From Flectonema sp. DT1601 (taxonomy: Eukaryota), in the NCBI GenBank assembly GCA_964019425.1, contig OZ025788.1:620001-684000 (forward strand): a stretch of DNA of 64,000 nt, in the 5' to 3' direction. A program made the translations under genes and the position numbers. Below, one piece after another: positions 23,368 to 36,863 of the stretch. Under the pieces are notes generated by a model. It did no database searches. It was given only the letters and a program-made list of their open reading frames with translations, and was not told the DNA's origin. Each line of letters begins with the position of its first letter. The first letter of the stretch is position 1.

Positions 23368-24811
23368 ATGACGACGGCTGTCGTCATGCGGGGAGTCACG
23401 CCGGTGCCTCGGCCTCCAACTGACGACACGGACGAGAGTTTTTTGCGAAAAAGGCATGATGTGACTAAAGCACTCCTGGGGAGGAGGGGGTTTGGAGTAG
23501 AGGGAGCGACGGTACTAAAAGAAGGGTTTCGAGCAGTGATCTTGGGTTCGTATTTGAATTTCGGACTATTAACAGCACCATTCGCGTTTTGGGGAGGCAT
23601 GCTCGGATTAGGAGATGGAATGATATTTATACTTTCGCTGTTTGCAATAATTCCTTGTGCTGAGCGACTTTCTTACGTTACTGAACAACTTGCCAGTCAC
23701 CTTGGTGAAACAACAGGTGGACTATTGAACGCAACCTTTGGTAACGCGACAGAAGTACTGGTAGCAATATTTGCCCTTCAGAGAGGACTTTATCGTGTTG
23801 TTCAACTGTCATTACTTGGTTCTGTGTTGTCTAACCTGCTTCTAGTGTTGGGAGTCTCTTGTTTTGTGGGTGGTTTAAAATGGAAAGTTCAAACGTTTAA
23901 AGTGGTTTCTGGTGCCGTACCGTCAGCTATGCTTCTAATTGCTGCAATGGGATTCCTACTACCAGCAGCCTTAAAGATGAGTGGTCAAGAAGATGATAAT
24001 ACAGATGAAATAAACTTTTCGAGAATGGTTGGAGTTGTACTTTTGATTATGTACTCGGGGTTTTTGGTATTTCAGCTTCGCACCCACACAGAGGAGTTTG
24101 AAGGTGACGGTGATCCCGACCACTCTGATGCTGCTCTCGGGAAATACGAATCCATACTTTGGCTGACTGTAATCACAGTCTTTGTTAGTTTACTCAGTGA
24201 GGTACTCGTTGGTACTATTGAGGTTTGGTTTCTTGTTATTTTTGTTTATAATTTGCAGCAAGTTAATAAGCTGCTAATAAAATAAATCAACAACAGGGAT
24301 TCACTACGGAGTACCACGTCAATTCCGTCTTTGTCAGCGCTGTTGTAATTCCCGTAATTGGAAACGCAGCGGAGCACGCAGCCGCTGTGATCTTCGCATA
24401 TCGGAATCGGATGGACATCTGTGTTGGGATTGCTGTTGGGTCTTCAATTCAAATAGCACTTGGAGTACTTCCATTTTGTGTTATATTCGGATGGTTTATT
24501 AATAGACCTCTCTCGTTGTTTTTCAACGGATTCGAAACAGCCGCATTGATGGCATCAGTACTAATTGTGACAGTAATATTACATGGAGGTACTTCTAATT
24601 GGTTAATGGGTTTCTTACTAACTGGTGCTTATGTAGTTGTATCATGTGGCTTTTGGGTATGTATTATGTGTAGTTGTATCTATGTTTCTTTATCCTTGTG
24701 TTAGACGTACACACACACAATCAGATTCACGAGTTCGAAAATCTCTCTGAAGCAAAAGGACTCCCTGAAGGAATGAGGAACATGACGAAACACTCAGCAA
24801 CTTCACTGTAG
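23368..24811 (+). CDS. Ca2+/H+ antiporter (CAX family); exons 23368-24222, 24297-24656, 24725-24811
   Basis: alpha-1 repeat GGLLNATFGNATE, LLGSVLSNLLLVLG; alpha-2 repeat IPVIGNAAEH and AVGSSIQIAL, recovered after splicing 74-nt and 68-nt introns. Confidence 0.92.
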
Positions 24812-25205
24812 TTGTCCTGGTTGTCAATCTGATTGAGAAAAAAACACATATTTTTTATTACTCTTAGCTTGCTAGACTTGTTGTGGTTACTGAAAACTAT
24901 TTAGTAAAATACGACAAAACTCTTTGTTGGCTTTACAATTCTGTAAACAGCCCTTGCTGTGGTCTCTCAATTGACCAAAACTGTTCCTCGTTAACCTCTT
25001 CGCTCTCTTCTCATAATAACGATACCGGAACAACTCCGTGAGATATAATAAAATAGTTTTTGTTTATTCTCTTATTTCAGTATTCAATCTTTCTAAACAG
25101 GAGTTCAGACTGCTGTGAGAAGTTTCTTTCAAGTCCCCAGTCGGTTAATAACACTTCGATTGTTGTAAAAGTTATATTATTTATTGTAAACAGGATTCAT
25201 TAAAA

Positions 25206-27313
25206 ATGAAGAGATGTGCCCTACGTGGTGCTTTGCACCAACAAAGAAGGATGAAGATGGAGCTATCGCCTGATGAGTTGGCAGCAAGGTTGGCAGAAGA
25301 AACAGCTCCACCAAAGGTATTGCGTGGATTGTTAGACAAGTCGATTATTTCAACTTTGCACTTTCAGAAATCGTTACCGAGACTTGGTATTCCAAAACTT
25401 GAGGAAACCTGCAAGAACTACATTAACTCTGTAACACCATTACTTACTTCTGAGGAACTGACCAAAACAGAGAAACTTGTTGCCGATTTCGAAAAGGGAG
25501 ATGGAATGAAGCTACACGAGCAACTGCTAGCAAAGGACAAGATGAATAAGCACACTTCATACATCAGCGCTGATTGGTATGATATGTACCTTTCTGCAAG
25601 GTCTTCACTTCCTTTGAATTGGTCTCCTTATTTAGTATTCAGAAAAGATCCTGCACCTGATAGAAACACAGCATCATTTAGAGCTGCTGCTTTCATTCAC
25701 GCTTCCGTATTATTTAAGAATGCTTTCGATGAGAACACATTAAGACCTGAAGTATTTCATTTAAAACCAGCCACATCAAAGACTGGTTGGTTTCAGAATC
25801 TTTGTAAGTTTTCCCCATCGTCTATTTCTGCGTACGTCAGTATCGCTGCCCAGGCGTACCCTCTCGACATGTCGCAGTTTCCACGTTTGTTTAACACGAC
25901 GAGAGTGCCAAGAATAATAAAGGACGAACTCAAGACCTCACCAGGCAATCACGTTGTAATCTTCCACAAGGGACATCCGTACAAGGTAACTGTTGTTGAC
26001 AAGAATGGGAATCCACTTGACACTAATCAAATTGCTTCACGCATCCAGGCAATTATTTTTGACTCTCCGGACACTCAAAATGAATTCCCGTTGGGATCAC
26101 TCACAGCTGCTGAGAGAAACGAGTGGGCAAACCTCCGCGAGGAAGTAGAAATGAATGAAGACAACAAGAAGAACCTTGATATCATTGACTCTGCGTTATT
26201 CGCTGTTTGCATTGATGATGAGTCAGTTGACATGTCGAGTGCTGAGAAGGTAACTCAAATGGGAAGACAGTTCTTGCACGGAAATGCCCTGAAGGGAAAC
26301 CGTTGGTGGGATAAGTCATTCTCACTGTTGGTATCAAAGAATGGAATTTGTTCCTGCAACTTTGAGCACAGTTGGGGTGATGGTGTCGCTGTAATGAGAT
26401 GGGCAAACGACGCATGGCACTTGGCTTCCCAAGAGTTGACATCTCCAAAGGAGGAAAAGCCAACGGAACCTATTCAGCGTTTGGACTTCCGTCTCAGTGA
26501 AAATGTTAAGAATTCGATTAAGAAGAACATGGAATCCTTCCACAAGGAAACACAGCGTATGGACTACGACGTCTCAGTCTACCCAGGACTTGGAAAGAAC
26601 GGTCTGAAGAAATTAAAAGTCAAACCCGACGGTTTCATGCAGCAGTCATTCCAACTCGCTTTCAGACGTCTTTATGGTGAAACTAGATGCACATATGAGT
26701 CAGCGAGTACTTCAGGATTTAAACACGGTCGTACAGAAGCCATCAGAGCAGCGACTATCGAGTCCAAGGAGTTTTGCCTCGCCGTGACCAACAACACGGG
26801 TAGTACTGCTGATCGTCATGCGCTCATGCAAACGGCGATTGCGAAACATGGAGAGATTACAACGCAGGCTTTGATGGGAAAAGGTGTTGACCGTCACCTG
26901 TTCACCCTCCGTAAATTGGCTGAAAGACAGGGAATGCGACCTGAGCTGTTTGATTCTCGTTCGTATTCAACTCTCAATGAGAATATTATTTCAACATCAA
27001 CTCTGTACTCAGACACTCTCATGTTGGGAGGATTTGGTCCTGTTCACGAAGAAGGATTCGGAGTTGGCTACTCTGCAACTCCAGACTTGTTGTTTCTCGG
27101 AGTTACCAGTTACTCTCGTGACTGTCGGTATGTATATTAGTTTCTTCTGTTTCCTCAGTTTTTCATAATATTATATTAGATTTCAGACACTGATATGGAA
27201 CAAACTCTTACTTGACTTCTATCAGAAATAATTAATATTCAAACAGGGAATTTACAAACGCTGTCTGGGAAGCTGTCGATGAAATGAAATATTTGATTGA
27301 AAAAGAAGGATAG
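25206..27313 (+). CDS. CPT2: Carnitine O-palmitoyltransferase 2-like, mitochondrial; exons 25206-27127, 27247-27313
   Basis: Arg-rich presequence; FQKSLPRLGIPKLEET, NRWWDKSF, FEHSWGDGVAV (catalytic His), TYESASTSGFKHGRTE, GGFGPV..GFGVGY. 119-nt intron restores the terminal helix. Confidence 0.92.
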
Positions 27314-28502
27314 TACGAAGGCCTTTAAATCTAAATCAGTTCCGAGACAATCACTTCGTTCAGTGTTTTCACTATAAATTCCAGTAGTTATATTAATGTT
27401 GATTCTTTTCCCCTTTTGTTTTTCTTTTTTCCGTTTTTACACGTGTGTTTTTCGCGTGTGCGCTGTCGTGTTTTTTACTACCGCGGATATCCTAATTGGA
27501 GGTCCTTTGTTTTTTCTTTAAAGCATCCCGGGGAATTGCCTTTGTTGTTTTAGTTTGATCGATTCTACTCGTGGTCACAGACTGATGAAGAGCGTGTTTT
27601 ACGTATTGAAAAGCAATGAGATAGCCAATCAGCCTCCACCACGTCCACTCCTGCTATATAAATGTAGTTAGTGGAATCTTTTATTTTAGTTTTTATTTGC
27701 AAAATTTTACGTCGGGGGATCTAACGAGGATATCAAGAAAAGCATCAAAAAGAGTGGCAGATGCCCTCAGTACTACTACACGCTGTCTTATTGATATTAA
27801 TATTAACAGCAAGAATCTAATCTCAATTGATCAACAGACGTCACTACTCTACCCCCATTCTGTTAACAACTCTTTCTCTCCAAAACTAGACGATATTTGC
27901 TACAAGCGGGACAGCTACTGGGAAATCGATTTTTTTTTTTTTTTTTTCTTCTCTGCCTTTTTTTCCCTTTATATTTACTTTTTTTTCTTTTGACAACTCA
28001 CTAGGGTTGGTAGTGTGGGCAAAATCGAAGATTTCCAATTTTTTTTAAAATTCTGATCAGACCACACTTCTTGTGATCTGATCAGTATTTGTAACATAAA
28101 TGTCCCTGCGAGTGATTTGTTCAGAGGAGCATCGTATTCGGTTCATTCAAGTGAAGTAAAAAGGAAGAGATTAGATTACTTTGTTGGTGAAGGTCTTCGC
28201 AACCCCATCGTGTTCTAATTATGTACTTGTCACGACATGTCATGAGGTACACACTGTAACAATACAATACAAAATATTATTACTTTCAGCATTACGCATC
28301 CAGAATCAACAAACTGGTGATTTTCAGAATAGATTTCTTTAGGACCAGCTCAGGAATTTTTATTTTATTTTCATCAGCAGAAGCTTCTTTAAAACTAAAC
28401 ATCTTGGCTGTAGTGTTGGCAACACGGAAGTTATATTGTGTGAGTTTTTTAGAATTATTACTTTCCTCAGCTCAGCTACACAACACTTTACACAACACAA
28501 CA

Positions 28503-28649
28503 ATGCCAGGACTCGGAATCAACGCCCCACGTCCAGGAGGATACGCCTTCACTCTTCCAGCAAACCAAAAAGTGGTCATTAACCCTGGAAACCTTCAACT
28601 GCCTGGTAACGCTGAAGGATATTCTATTATATACTCAAACTCTTCATAA
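28503..28649 (+). CDS. Candidate 48-aa microprotein
   Basis: MPGLGINAPRPGGYAFTLPANQKVVINPGNLQLPGNAEGYSIIYSNSS. Preceded by ctttcctcag and an AC-rich leader like those of neighbouring genes. Confidence 0.45.
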   Translation: MPGLGINAPRPGGYAFTLPANQKVVINPGNLQLPGNAEGYSIIYSNSS

Positions 28650-29131
28650 GAGAGGGGTTAGCGGCACTGAACGAATTGAAAAAAAAAAAAGAAGAAAAAA
28701 AAAACGAAAAAGAAAACTAAAAGCATTAGCTACTTACGGAAGAGGAGACAGATTATCTTATCAAGTGACGGACTTCTTCAGATTCACTAATTGTGTTGAA
28801 ATGGTTGACTACATTAGAGGGTAACCATACCTCAAGAAACATTAACTGTTTCCCCTTCCAGTACTGTAGTTGTTACACTAAATCTATTTCAGCTTTTGTA
28901 TTGTCAAATGGAAATTTTAAGACAACAAAAAAAAAACAAGAAAAAAAGGAATTACAAAAAAAAGAAAAAAAGAAAAAAACGGGCACACCGCCATTAAGAC
29001 ACGGAGAGTTTTTATTGTACACGCGCCAAGGTAAGGTAATTCATACAGGACAAGAAATACAAAAAATCCATCCGTTGTTTGTTATTGAAGTAAATCAGTT
29101 ATTTCATTAGAAGGGGACAGAAGAACTGAAT

Positions 29132-30971
29132 ATGTCGGCCGCGCCAGATGCTGGACAGATGTTTGTTGATAAGAAGGAATTGCAACCAGTAACAGATGAT
29201 GCGAGAGACGATTCTAACCGTCTTAAGAGTAGCGGCATGAACAGAGACAGGACTGACAAGAATGCAGTGTCTGATGACCACGACTTTGGCTCCCTCAGAG
29301 GAAATCTTGGCAATAAGGTATGCTATATATTATTCTGTAGTGGGAACACATTCCTTCTACTGAGAGCTCAACAATCACAAACAGTCCGCCCCCACAGTAG
29401 ACGAAGCTAAACTGGAGGCTTCGAAGGCTGCGAAGGGACTGTCGCCCGGAGCTGCGACTACTGCTAATATCGCAAATCAAATGATTGTCGATAAGAAGGC
29501 TCCAGCTGCAATCACCGATGACGCTCGTGATGACAGTAATCGTCTTAAAAGCAGTGGGATGAACAGAGACAGAGTTGATAAGAATGCAGTTCCAGATGAA
29601 TTTGACTTCGCTTCCCTGAGGGCCGGGTTGGGTGGAAAAAAAGCTGGTGATACTGCGAGTTCGCCTGCAGCAGCACCAGCCTCTCGTCAGCCGTCAGTTG
29701 CAGGTGCCAGTGTGAAGGCGGGTTCACCAGCCCAACTACCGCAACCTTCCCCGGCAGCTGAACCGACGATCGTACCACCAACTCCTCAGTCTGTCCCAAG
29801 AGCAGCCAGTAGACAAGGGTCGACTACGTCACTAAAGGCTACTCCAAGTAGCCCTGCTGGTATTCCAAAGAGCCCGGCACAGCCTGCGACACCCTCGCCT
29901 GCTGCTTCGCCTTCGAAATCGGGAAGCAGAGCAGCGACACCCGTCGAACAATCAAATTCGCCTCCCGCATCTCGAAGAGGATCCGGGATTTCCCATCAGC
30001 CGTCTGCGGCTGAGGCTCGGGCACCAACACCTACCAAGGCCCCGAGTGTTGCCGGTTCAGAACCAGCTCTTTCTCGTAGAAGTTCTGCCGTTCCCAGCCT
30101 GTCTGGTGATGCTCCTGCGGCATCAGTTCATTCGATTTCCCGTCACGGATCAGTGGCCTCTCGACACTCGACGCAATCTAATCAACAGGCTGCTGCATCA
30201 CCAGCAGCTCCCTACAGCCCGACACCGACTTTACCTCCGAGATCTCAGCAAGCACATGTTCAAGATGAAGAGGATTGGAAGTCGAAGGCTGAATATCTTA
30301 AAAGACAGTTGGCGGAAACTGAGAAGCAACATTCAAAGAAGCAACAGCTGCTCAAAGCCGAGAAGGCTGAGGTTGACAGACAGAAAAATAAAGTTCGCGA
30401 CCTTGAGAGACAACTTGATGAAGCTCGCCATTTAAGAGGCGGTGGAGGTGACGATGCTCTGCGTGATCAGATGGCCCGTGATCGTCGGACTATTGAAGAG
30501 TTGGAAACTAAGCTCAGAGAATCTGAAAAACAAGCCCACACCACGAGTATGCAACACAGAAACAGCATTGCAAGCAGCAGAGGAGCTACTTACGGAATTC
30601 CTCAGGAAGTTGTTGATAGACTTCAGAAGGATAATGTTACTTTAAAAGCTGCTAGTGAACAAAAGGATCAGCTCATTAAACAGCTGTCCATTCAACTGGA
30701 ATCAGCCCATGAAGCCATACTCGCGTCAGCAGCGAAAGGATTTGAATACGACATCAAATTACATCAGGCACGCGCTACTCTTGTAACCATGCTGAAGGGA
30801 GGCTCTCCTCGTCGTACGCAGTCGGGTAGCCCGGTGGGAACAGCTCCCCCAACGCAATACGGAAGCCCGCAGAGATCTAATTACGCATCCCCACAAAGGA
30901 CTTCTGGATATGGATATTCTCCTGTTATAAGAACTCCTGCTTCACCTCAGGGAGGGAGGTCTCTATACTGA
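29132..30971 (+). CDS. Protein with duplicated ~53-aa N-terminal repeat, Ser/Pro/Ala-rich linker and coiled coil (possibly cytoskeletal); exons 29132-29317, 29385-30971
   Basis: 67-nt GTATGC..AACAG intron joins the ORFs in frame; TDDARDDSNRLKSSGMNRDR occurs twice; heptad-rich C-terminal region. Confidence 0.8.
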
Positions 30972-31593
30972 AAATTGACATCTTCGTAAGCAACTCTTTT
31001 TTTGTTTCTATTTATTGTAATCCTGTTGATGCGAAACACCCGACTCTGATTAGCCGGCCATCGTACTGATCGTCTTTTTACTAAGATCATCAATCGGTGA
31101 TGACTGATGTTCTTCGCTTATATTCCCTTCTTTTTTTTCTTTTTGTACGCTCGCCATAAGGCATTTTTCTTCTTTGATTTTGTTTGTAACCCGTTTTGTA
31201 CCCTCGAAACTACGTGTTGTTGTTTTCGCGTTAATATGATTTTCCTTCGATGAGGGACTGGAATCGGGTGTTTATTTTGACGTCTGAGGGATATGAAAAA
31301 AGGATTGGAAAAAAGAATCCCTGTTCTCAGAACCTTCCCTTTGGGGTCCCTAAAAAAAAGGACATTATACAAAAAAGAAAAATAATAAGGAGAAGTAAAA
31401 TTATAGCCGCTATGCGATTTCTGACCCCTTGTGTAGTACAGGTCTCAATGACTTATTTCACAGAGGGAGGGTTTTTTTTTACTTGATTTGTCCTCTCCAG
31501 CTTTTGTGTTAATCTTATTCCATGTGTAACATTATTGATAATCCTTCAGCCTCACTTTTTTAGCAGTCCCAGTCCTATTTTTTTATTAATAAA

Positions 31594-33477
31594 ATGAATT
31601 TATTATTGTTGTTAACAATTATAAGTTGGGGAATTTGTCAGGCCCAACCCAACGGAACAGATGCTTCGCAGAATTTAACCTCTGCCCCTAACACCTCTGC
31701 CCCCACACCTGTCCCTAGCACACCTGCACCACTGGTTGAGGGTTCTTCACCATTTAAGTGGTTGGGAATAGCTATTAATATTACAGTGATAGTTGGATTG
31801 TTGGGAATGTCGTGTTGGTTAGCAAGAGGATCGTTGACGAGACCTGGTGGAGATTTGTGTACAAGTTTGACAATGCTGATACCACCGAGGAGTCTTGCTG
31901 AATTAAAAAGATTGTTTTCAAGTGACTTGCGAGTCGTCGTACCAACAGCATCAGAAGCAAGCGTTATTGCCAGTTCGAGAGTTGACGGTCGTTTGAGGTC
32001 ACTGCCGGCGTCTTTGTTGTGTTGGAGAAGAAGTCAGCTCACTACAGCGATGGTTTTCTATTTTGTTGTTTTATGTTTGTCAACAGCAAATATTTTGACT
32101 GGTGACTCTTTCGCAGTGGAAGTTGCGGAAGTGGAATTTCAATCCGATAACACTGTTCTCAGAAAGCATTTTAAGAATCAGATGCTCGATATCATTCCAT
32201 TCAGTCAGGCTGTCCTCGCTCTCTCATTCTACAGCTTCGCCGCTTACCGTTGGCATGATCTCAACCAATCTCGATTTCTAACGGTAGCTGGGTTTTGTGT
32301 AACTTTTTTGCTTCCATTCGTATTCTTCATGGTTCCCTGGATGGAGATTGACAGTCCTCAGAGGATGGTCCAAGATATGTGCAGGGGCCTAGCTAACGCT
32401 GTCCCAATTGTTAGCATCATTACTGGTGTCAATCTCAAAGATACAAACATCTGTGATAAGAAAGCACACGAAATCGGAGATGCTTTTACCAAGCAACTTC
32501 AACTAAACGTAGTAAATGGTGATTTCGCTCTAACCCTGATGGGACAGGTTTTGAAGTTACTGGTGTACGTACCAACATTAATCTCATCTTTTATTGTTAT
32601 GAAGTCTCTAGCACCAGGTGTGCTTGGTATCTTAATGGGTCTTCAGGGTGGGTTGCGAGTTTCGAAAATTACTTTTCCTGGTGCCCGACTGACTACGTGG
32701 TTGTTGGTGATGCTGCAGGCTGCTGCCCTTCCAGTTACGATGTTTTTATGTGCTATTATATTAATTGTTGTTGGGACCTATCCAACTATGTTTACAGCGA
32801 TCTTTATGACACTTTCAGGGTCCCTGTACATCTGTTTTAGTGGTCGGTTACTGAAGGCTATTAGAGTAGATGAAGCTATAGTCCTCATGAGTAAACTAAA
32901 CAAAGCAGCTCTTGTTATGAAGATCATCGCCCTCGGATGTCTTCTACTTGGAGTTTGGCAGGCATCTCATATTATTGCTCTGAAATCTCAAGGTATTAAG
33001 GCTATTAAGAATGCCTTAAAACCACAATCAATTTCTCGGATGGTTGTATCATTCATGGCGGGTTTCTTTTCATCTAAAGTTGTATTCACTGACATTGTAC
33101 TTCATATGATTATTGGTACCTACGTCGCTTGCGTTGGAGATTCTCAAGAAGATCGCAATTCCGTAATGAGGGATCTAATTTTCTTATCATCAGCGCTAAA
33201 GGAATACGAGCATGTCTTTGATTTAGATGACATTGAGAATAGAATGGACTTTCGTGAGATGGGACAGCTGACATCAGCGGCACCTCTTGAAGGGATGGTC
33301 GAATTAAAAGTAATCGCTAATGATGGCGCTTTCTCTAATTCTTCTCCAATGCTTCGACGCGACTCGCAGGGTTTTATGAGAGGCCCAAATATCAATGCAA
33401 GTATCAATGCAAGTGTACGAGATGGGGATAGCCCGTTAGGAACCCAATCAGGATCTATGTATGTGTACAAGCTTTAG
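31594..33477 (+). CDS. Unrecognised multipass membrane protein, paralogue A
   Basis: Signal peptide, Thr/Pro stalk, ~10-11 hydrophobic helices; shares LCWRRxQL, PWMEIDSPQR, PGARLTTWLLV and AGFFSSKVVFTDIVL with paralogues B and C. Confidence 0.85.
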   Translation: MNLLLLLTIISWGICQAQPNGTDASQNLTSAPNTSAPTPVPSTPAPLVEGSSPFKWLGIAINITVIVGLLGMSCWLARGSLTRPGGDLCTSLTMLIPPRSLAELKRLFSSDLRVVVPTASEASVIASSRVDGRLRSLPASLLCWRRSQLTTAMVFYFVVLCLSTANILTGDSFAVEVAEVEFQSDNTVLRKHFKNQMLDIIPFSQAVLALSFYSFAAYRWHDLNQSRFLTVAGFCVTFLLPFVFFMVPWMEIDSPQRMVQDMCRGLANAVPIVSIITGVNLKDTNICDKKAHEIGDAFTKQLQLNVVNGDFALTLMGQVLKLLVYVPTLISSFIVMKSLAPGVLGILMGLQGGLRVSKITFPGARLTTWLLVMLQAAALPVTMFLCAIILIVVGTYPTMFTAIFMTLSGSLYICFSGRLLKAIRVDEAIVLMSKLNKAALVMKIIALGCLLLGVWQASHIIALKSQGIKAIKNALKPQSISRMVVSFMAGFFSSKVVFTDIVLHMIIGTYVACVGDSQEDRNSVMRDLIFLSSALKEYEHVFDLDDIENRMDFREMGQLTSAAPLEGMVELKVIANDGAFSNSSPMLRRDSQGFMRGPNINASINASVRDGDSPLGTQSGSMYVYKL

Positions 33478-34108
33478 CCATTGTGATACAGTTCGATTAC
33501 TTTGTTAGGATAACTTCTCTGATTCTTGTTTCCCTTTAACTTTTATTCCCCCCTTCTTTTTTGTTGCTAAATTCGTCATTCTTAACCCTGTTGATATCCG
33601 TGTTTTAGAAAATGTGGATGTCATTTCCAAACTTAGCACCTCAGAATTACAATCGCTGCATTGGTTTATTGGATTAACGGAAAACCTGGAGAATGTTAAA
33701 TAATTAAAACAGATGAACATGAGAAGTTTAGCAGATTCACGGCAGAGCTGAAATCTGCAGAAGGCGTTAGATTCTCGATCTCTGGATGATAACATTACCC
33801 TTTTTCATATAAATCAATCTCGATTTCCCCGTACTTAGAATCTTCCTAAGTATTTTTTATTTGCATGCCCTATAACAAAAAACATACACTTGGGAACACT
33901 GTTGTGATTTTTTTCCCTCTTCCCACAACAGTCTTTTTTTCTTCCTTTTTTTTTTTTTTTTCAAATTGAACGTATTTCTTTTCTTTAACACAGAGTAGCT
34001 GCTGTTTCAGGTTTTGTATTTTGTTTTTTTCTGCTGTAGCAGTCTCTTTACTGAGATGCAGCTGGATTGGTTTTGCACTGCTAATTAAGAGAGTATCGTT
34101 TTTTAATA

Positions 34109-34994
34109 TGAGGCGGTGCGGAAACCCCCCCCGCCCTAATTTTTACCAGGCTATTCTGTGGGCACCTAAAACCCAATCCGAGCTCACCACCCACGCAAAA
34201 AACCCAAATCTGGTACTGGGGCATCCTCTAACTGCTCACAAGTTTCAAAATTCCATTTTTTTTGACTGTTTCTGGTACTTTTGCCTTGTGTCTTGTGGTT
34301 GCCCTCAAAATACTCAAAAACCAGCTTAGCAGCTACATTGCAGAAATTTGTTTACACCCTGGGTTCCTGTGAAGACTGGAATGATACGAACAGGAGAAGT
34401 GATGAGACACGAGAATCATAGATCCCGTGAGAACTGCAGAGTACGATATCGGGTGGTGATTCTGAGTCACCCTCGCTGGCAGTGATGGGATTTCAACTTC
34501 CTCCTCCCACACATCAACCAGAATGCGATAGTGACGTATCCGGTTATGAATAAGTTCATAAGTTCTTCTTGATGTCTGAGAATGACAAAATGACTTGAGA
34601 ACACAACCGTCATCAGCCTGTTCTGTAAAATAAGTTAATCAGCTTGGGTTAACTTTTTCCCTAGTCGGCATGGCAAGTCCGAATGTGATTGACACTTTGG
34701 CAATATCACATCTGCGCTGACACTCGCATCTAAATCGCAGAAAATCTGGAATTTCAAGAAAAGCAAAATTTCAAACATAATTTCTACCAGTGTTACACAG
34801 CTTACAAGGCGAGTGTTACTAGAAACAGTCAAAAAAGTGAAAATTTTAAACTAGTGGGCAGTAAAAGGGTGCCCCAGTACCGGATTTGAGTTTTTTGGAT
34901 ACTATTTTCGTGGGGTGGTGAGCTCGCATTGGGTGTTAGGTGCCCACGGGATAGCCTGGTAAAAATTTGGGGGGGGGGTTTCTGCACCTCCTCA
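34109..34994. mobile_element. Non-autonomous long-TIR element (MITE, Tc1/mariner-like)
   Basis: Imperfect inverted repeats of ~170-180 bp (34109-~34278 and ~34815-34994) beginning tgagg(c/a)ggtgc(g/a)gaaacccccc; TA at 34107-34108 and 34995-34996; no internal ORF. Confidence 0.8.
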
Positions 34995-36863
34995 TATAAA
35001 AAAATGTTTTGTGTGTGAGTGTTGTTCACCTTTGGCAACCCAATGTTGTAAAAATAAATGAATCAGCATATCGCTATACCTCTTTAGTTGCTCGTAGTCC
35101 GTATTGACGATTAAGTGCTGTTTTATGTTAGTGTTGTCATATTTGGTTGTTGTTTCACCATCTTTTATCACTTAAGAGTTTGGTTTTTTTTTCTTTTCTT
35201 AAATTCATCAACTCCAACTAGAGCATTCAGTTTACTCTTGTGTGATGTGATTCGATGATTCTCCAATTTGATCAGAACTCATAATCATTTCCGAAAAAAA
35301 GAAAGAACGAAAAAATTAGTAGTTTGTCGGTTAACTGACTAGTCAGCACTGCATTCCTTCAATTCATATAATCACCTCTCGGGATGACACGTATTTCGAT
35401 CGACATTGGTGTTTTGTTTTTGCAAAAAAAAAAAATATAAAAAAATAGAAATATAACGTCTTCACCACTATTTTTTTATTCCTTGTAGTGACTAACTACA
35501 AAACTAAGTCACGAGTTAAAACTTGTCGAGTCATTTCTGTTTTGAGTCTGCTGTTTGTGTAGTTAATTCTCAATCAGTAAGCTACGGAATGGTACTTTGA
35601 AGAGTCTACGTCCAAACGTTAGTATCTTCTCTACACTTTTGTTGTTTTTATTATTTTGATTGTGACTGCTATTTGTCAACTATTTTTGAGTTCTACGAGT
35701 AGCGACAACCTCTCCCTGAAAGGTTGTTTAGATATTGCAGGTTGCTTTATGCAGCTTCGTAATTCCATTCCCTCATCAGTTTCGTTTGTTCCTAAGTGAT
35801 AAGAGGTTTAGTAGTGCAGTAAAATAGTCGTTTTTTTACTTGTCGTTTTCCCTTCCTTTGCTTTCGTAATTGTAGTTTTATCAAAGCGTAGTGTTCTTAT
35901 CGATTACCTGTTTACGTAGTTTGGTTCAATAGTGTAGAGGGAGGGGGAAGGAAAAAAAAAACAGTGAGTAATCTCGAATCTGATCTTTTAACTCTTATTT
36001 GAAGACGTTTTATGAAAATCAATTCTTTTTTTGCGGTCGCCCGTTGCTTCTAAATTCAGCATGCTGATGAAGTTGAGAAGTTGAACCACAAACCCGACAG
36101 CCACTGTGGGTGCCCATTTGCAGCGACAGGCCGCAGTCAAGATAAATTTTATTTGTTATTTGTTTTTCCTCCTCCTTGAAAATAGCTACTTATTGAGTTT
36201 AATAAATAAATGTGAAAGTAAGTTTTCCTGAGATTTCCTTGTCTTGTCTGACTTTTGGAATGATGCCCGAAACTTGCCTACATTTTATTAACTTTAATAC
36301 GTTGCTTTATTTTACAAATATAAACATTGTCAAGTTTGGTCCGAAGACCTAAAACTGACTCTCTCGTTTGCTTCTTTTTGTTTCTGTTTCTCATTGGTAT
36401 GGTTATTCGTGTTGCCCAAAAAAATTGTGTGTGATACTTTTTTTTTTTTTAAACCTTCGGCATCCCTTACAATATTGATGTTTGGGACAATTAGGGGTGA
36501 AAGGAACCCCTAGTCATGTTCCGAGTTTTTTTATTTTCTTTCGTGGAATGGCGGCATTAGACACAATATGATTACCCTGTAGCTTTTGTCCACGAAAGCT
36601 CGGACTCTGCCATTTTTTGAAATGTGGATGCGTCCCCGTAAATAAATGTAGGAAAACCTACAAGAGAGAGAAATGTATACTACGGTCACGGTCTTGTGGA
36701 TTCCGGACGGAAGTTTTTCAATTAAGTAGCAAATAATTGTTAAGCGGGAAGCCTATTTCTTGCTTCAACAAAAGTTACATTTGTCAAGCACCTGTAAACA
36801 ATCGACATTTACAGAGTGTTTGCCTACCACGCTGTACAAACATTTTATTAAAAAGTAGCCCAG

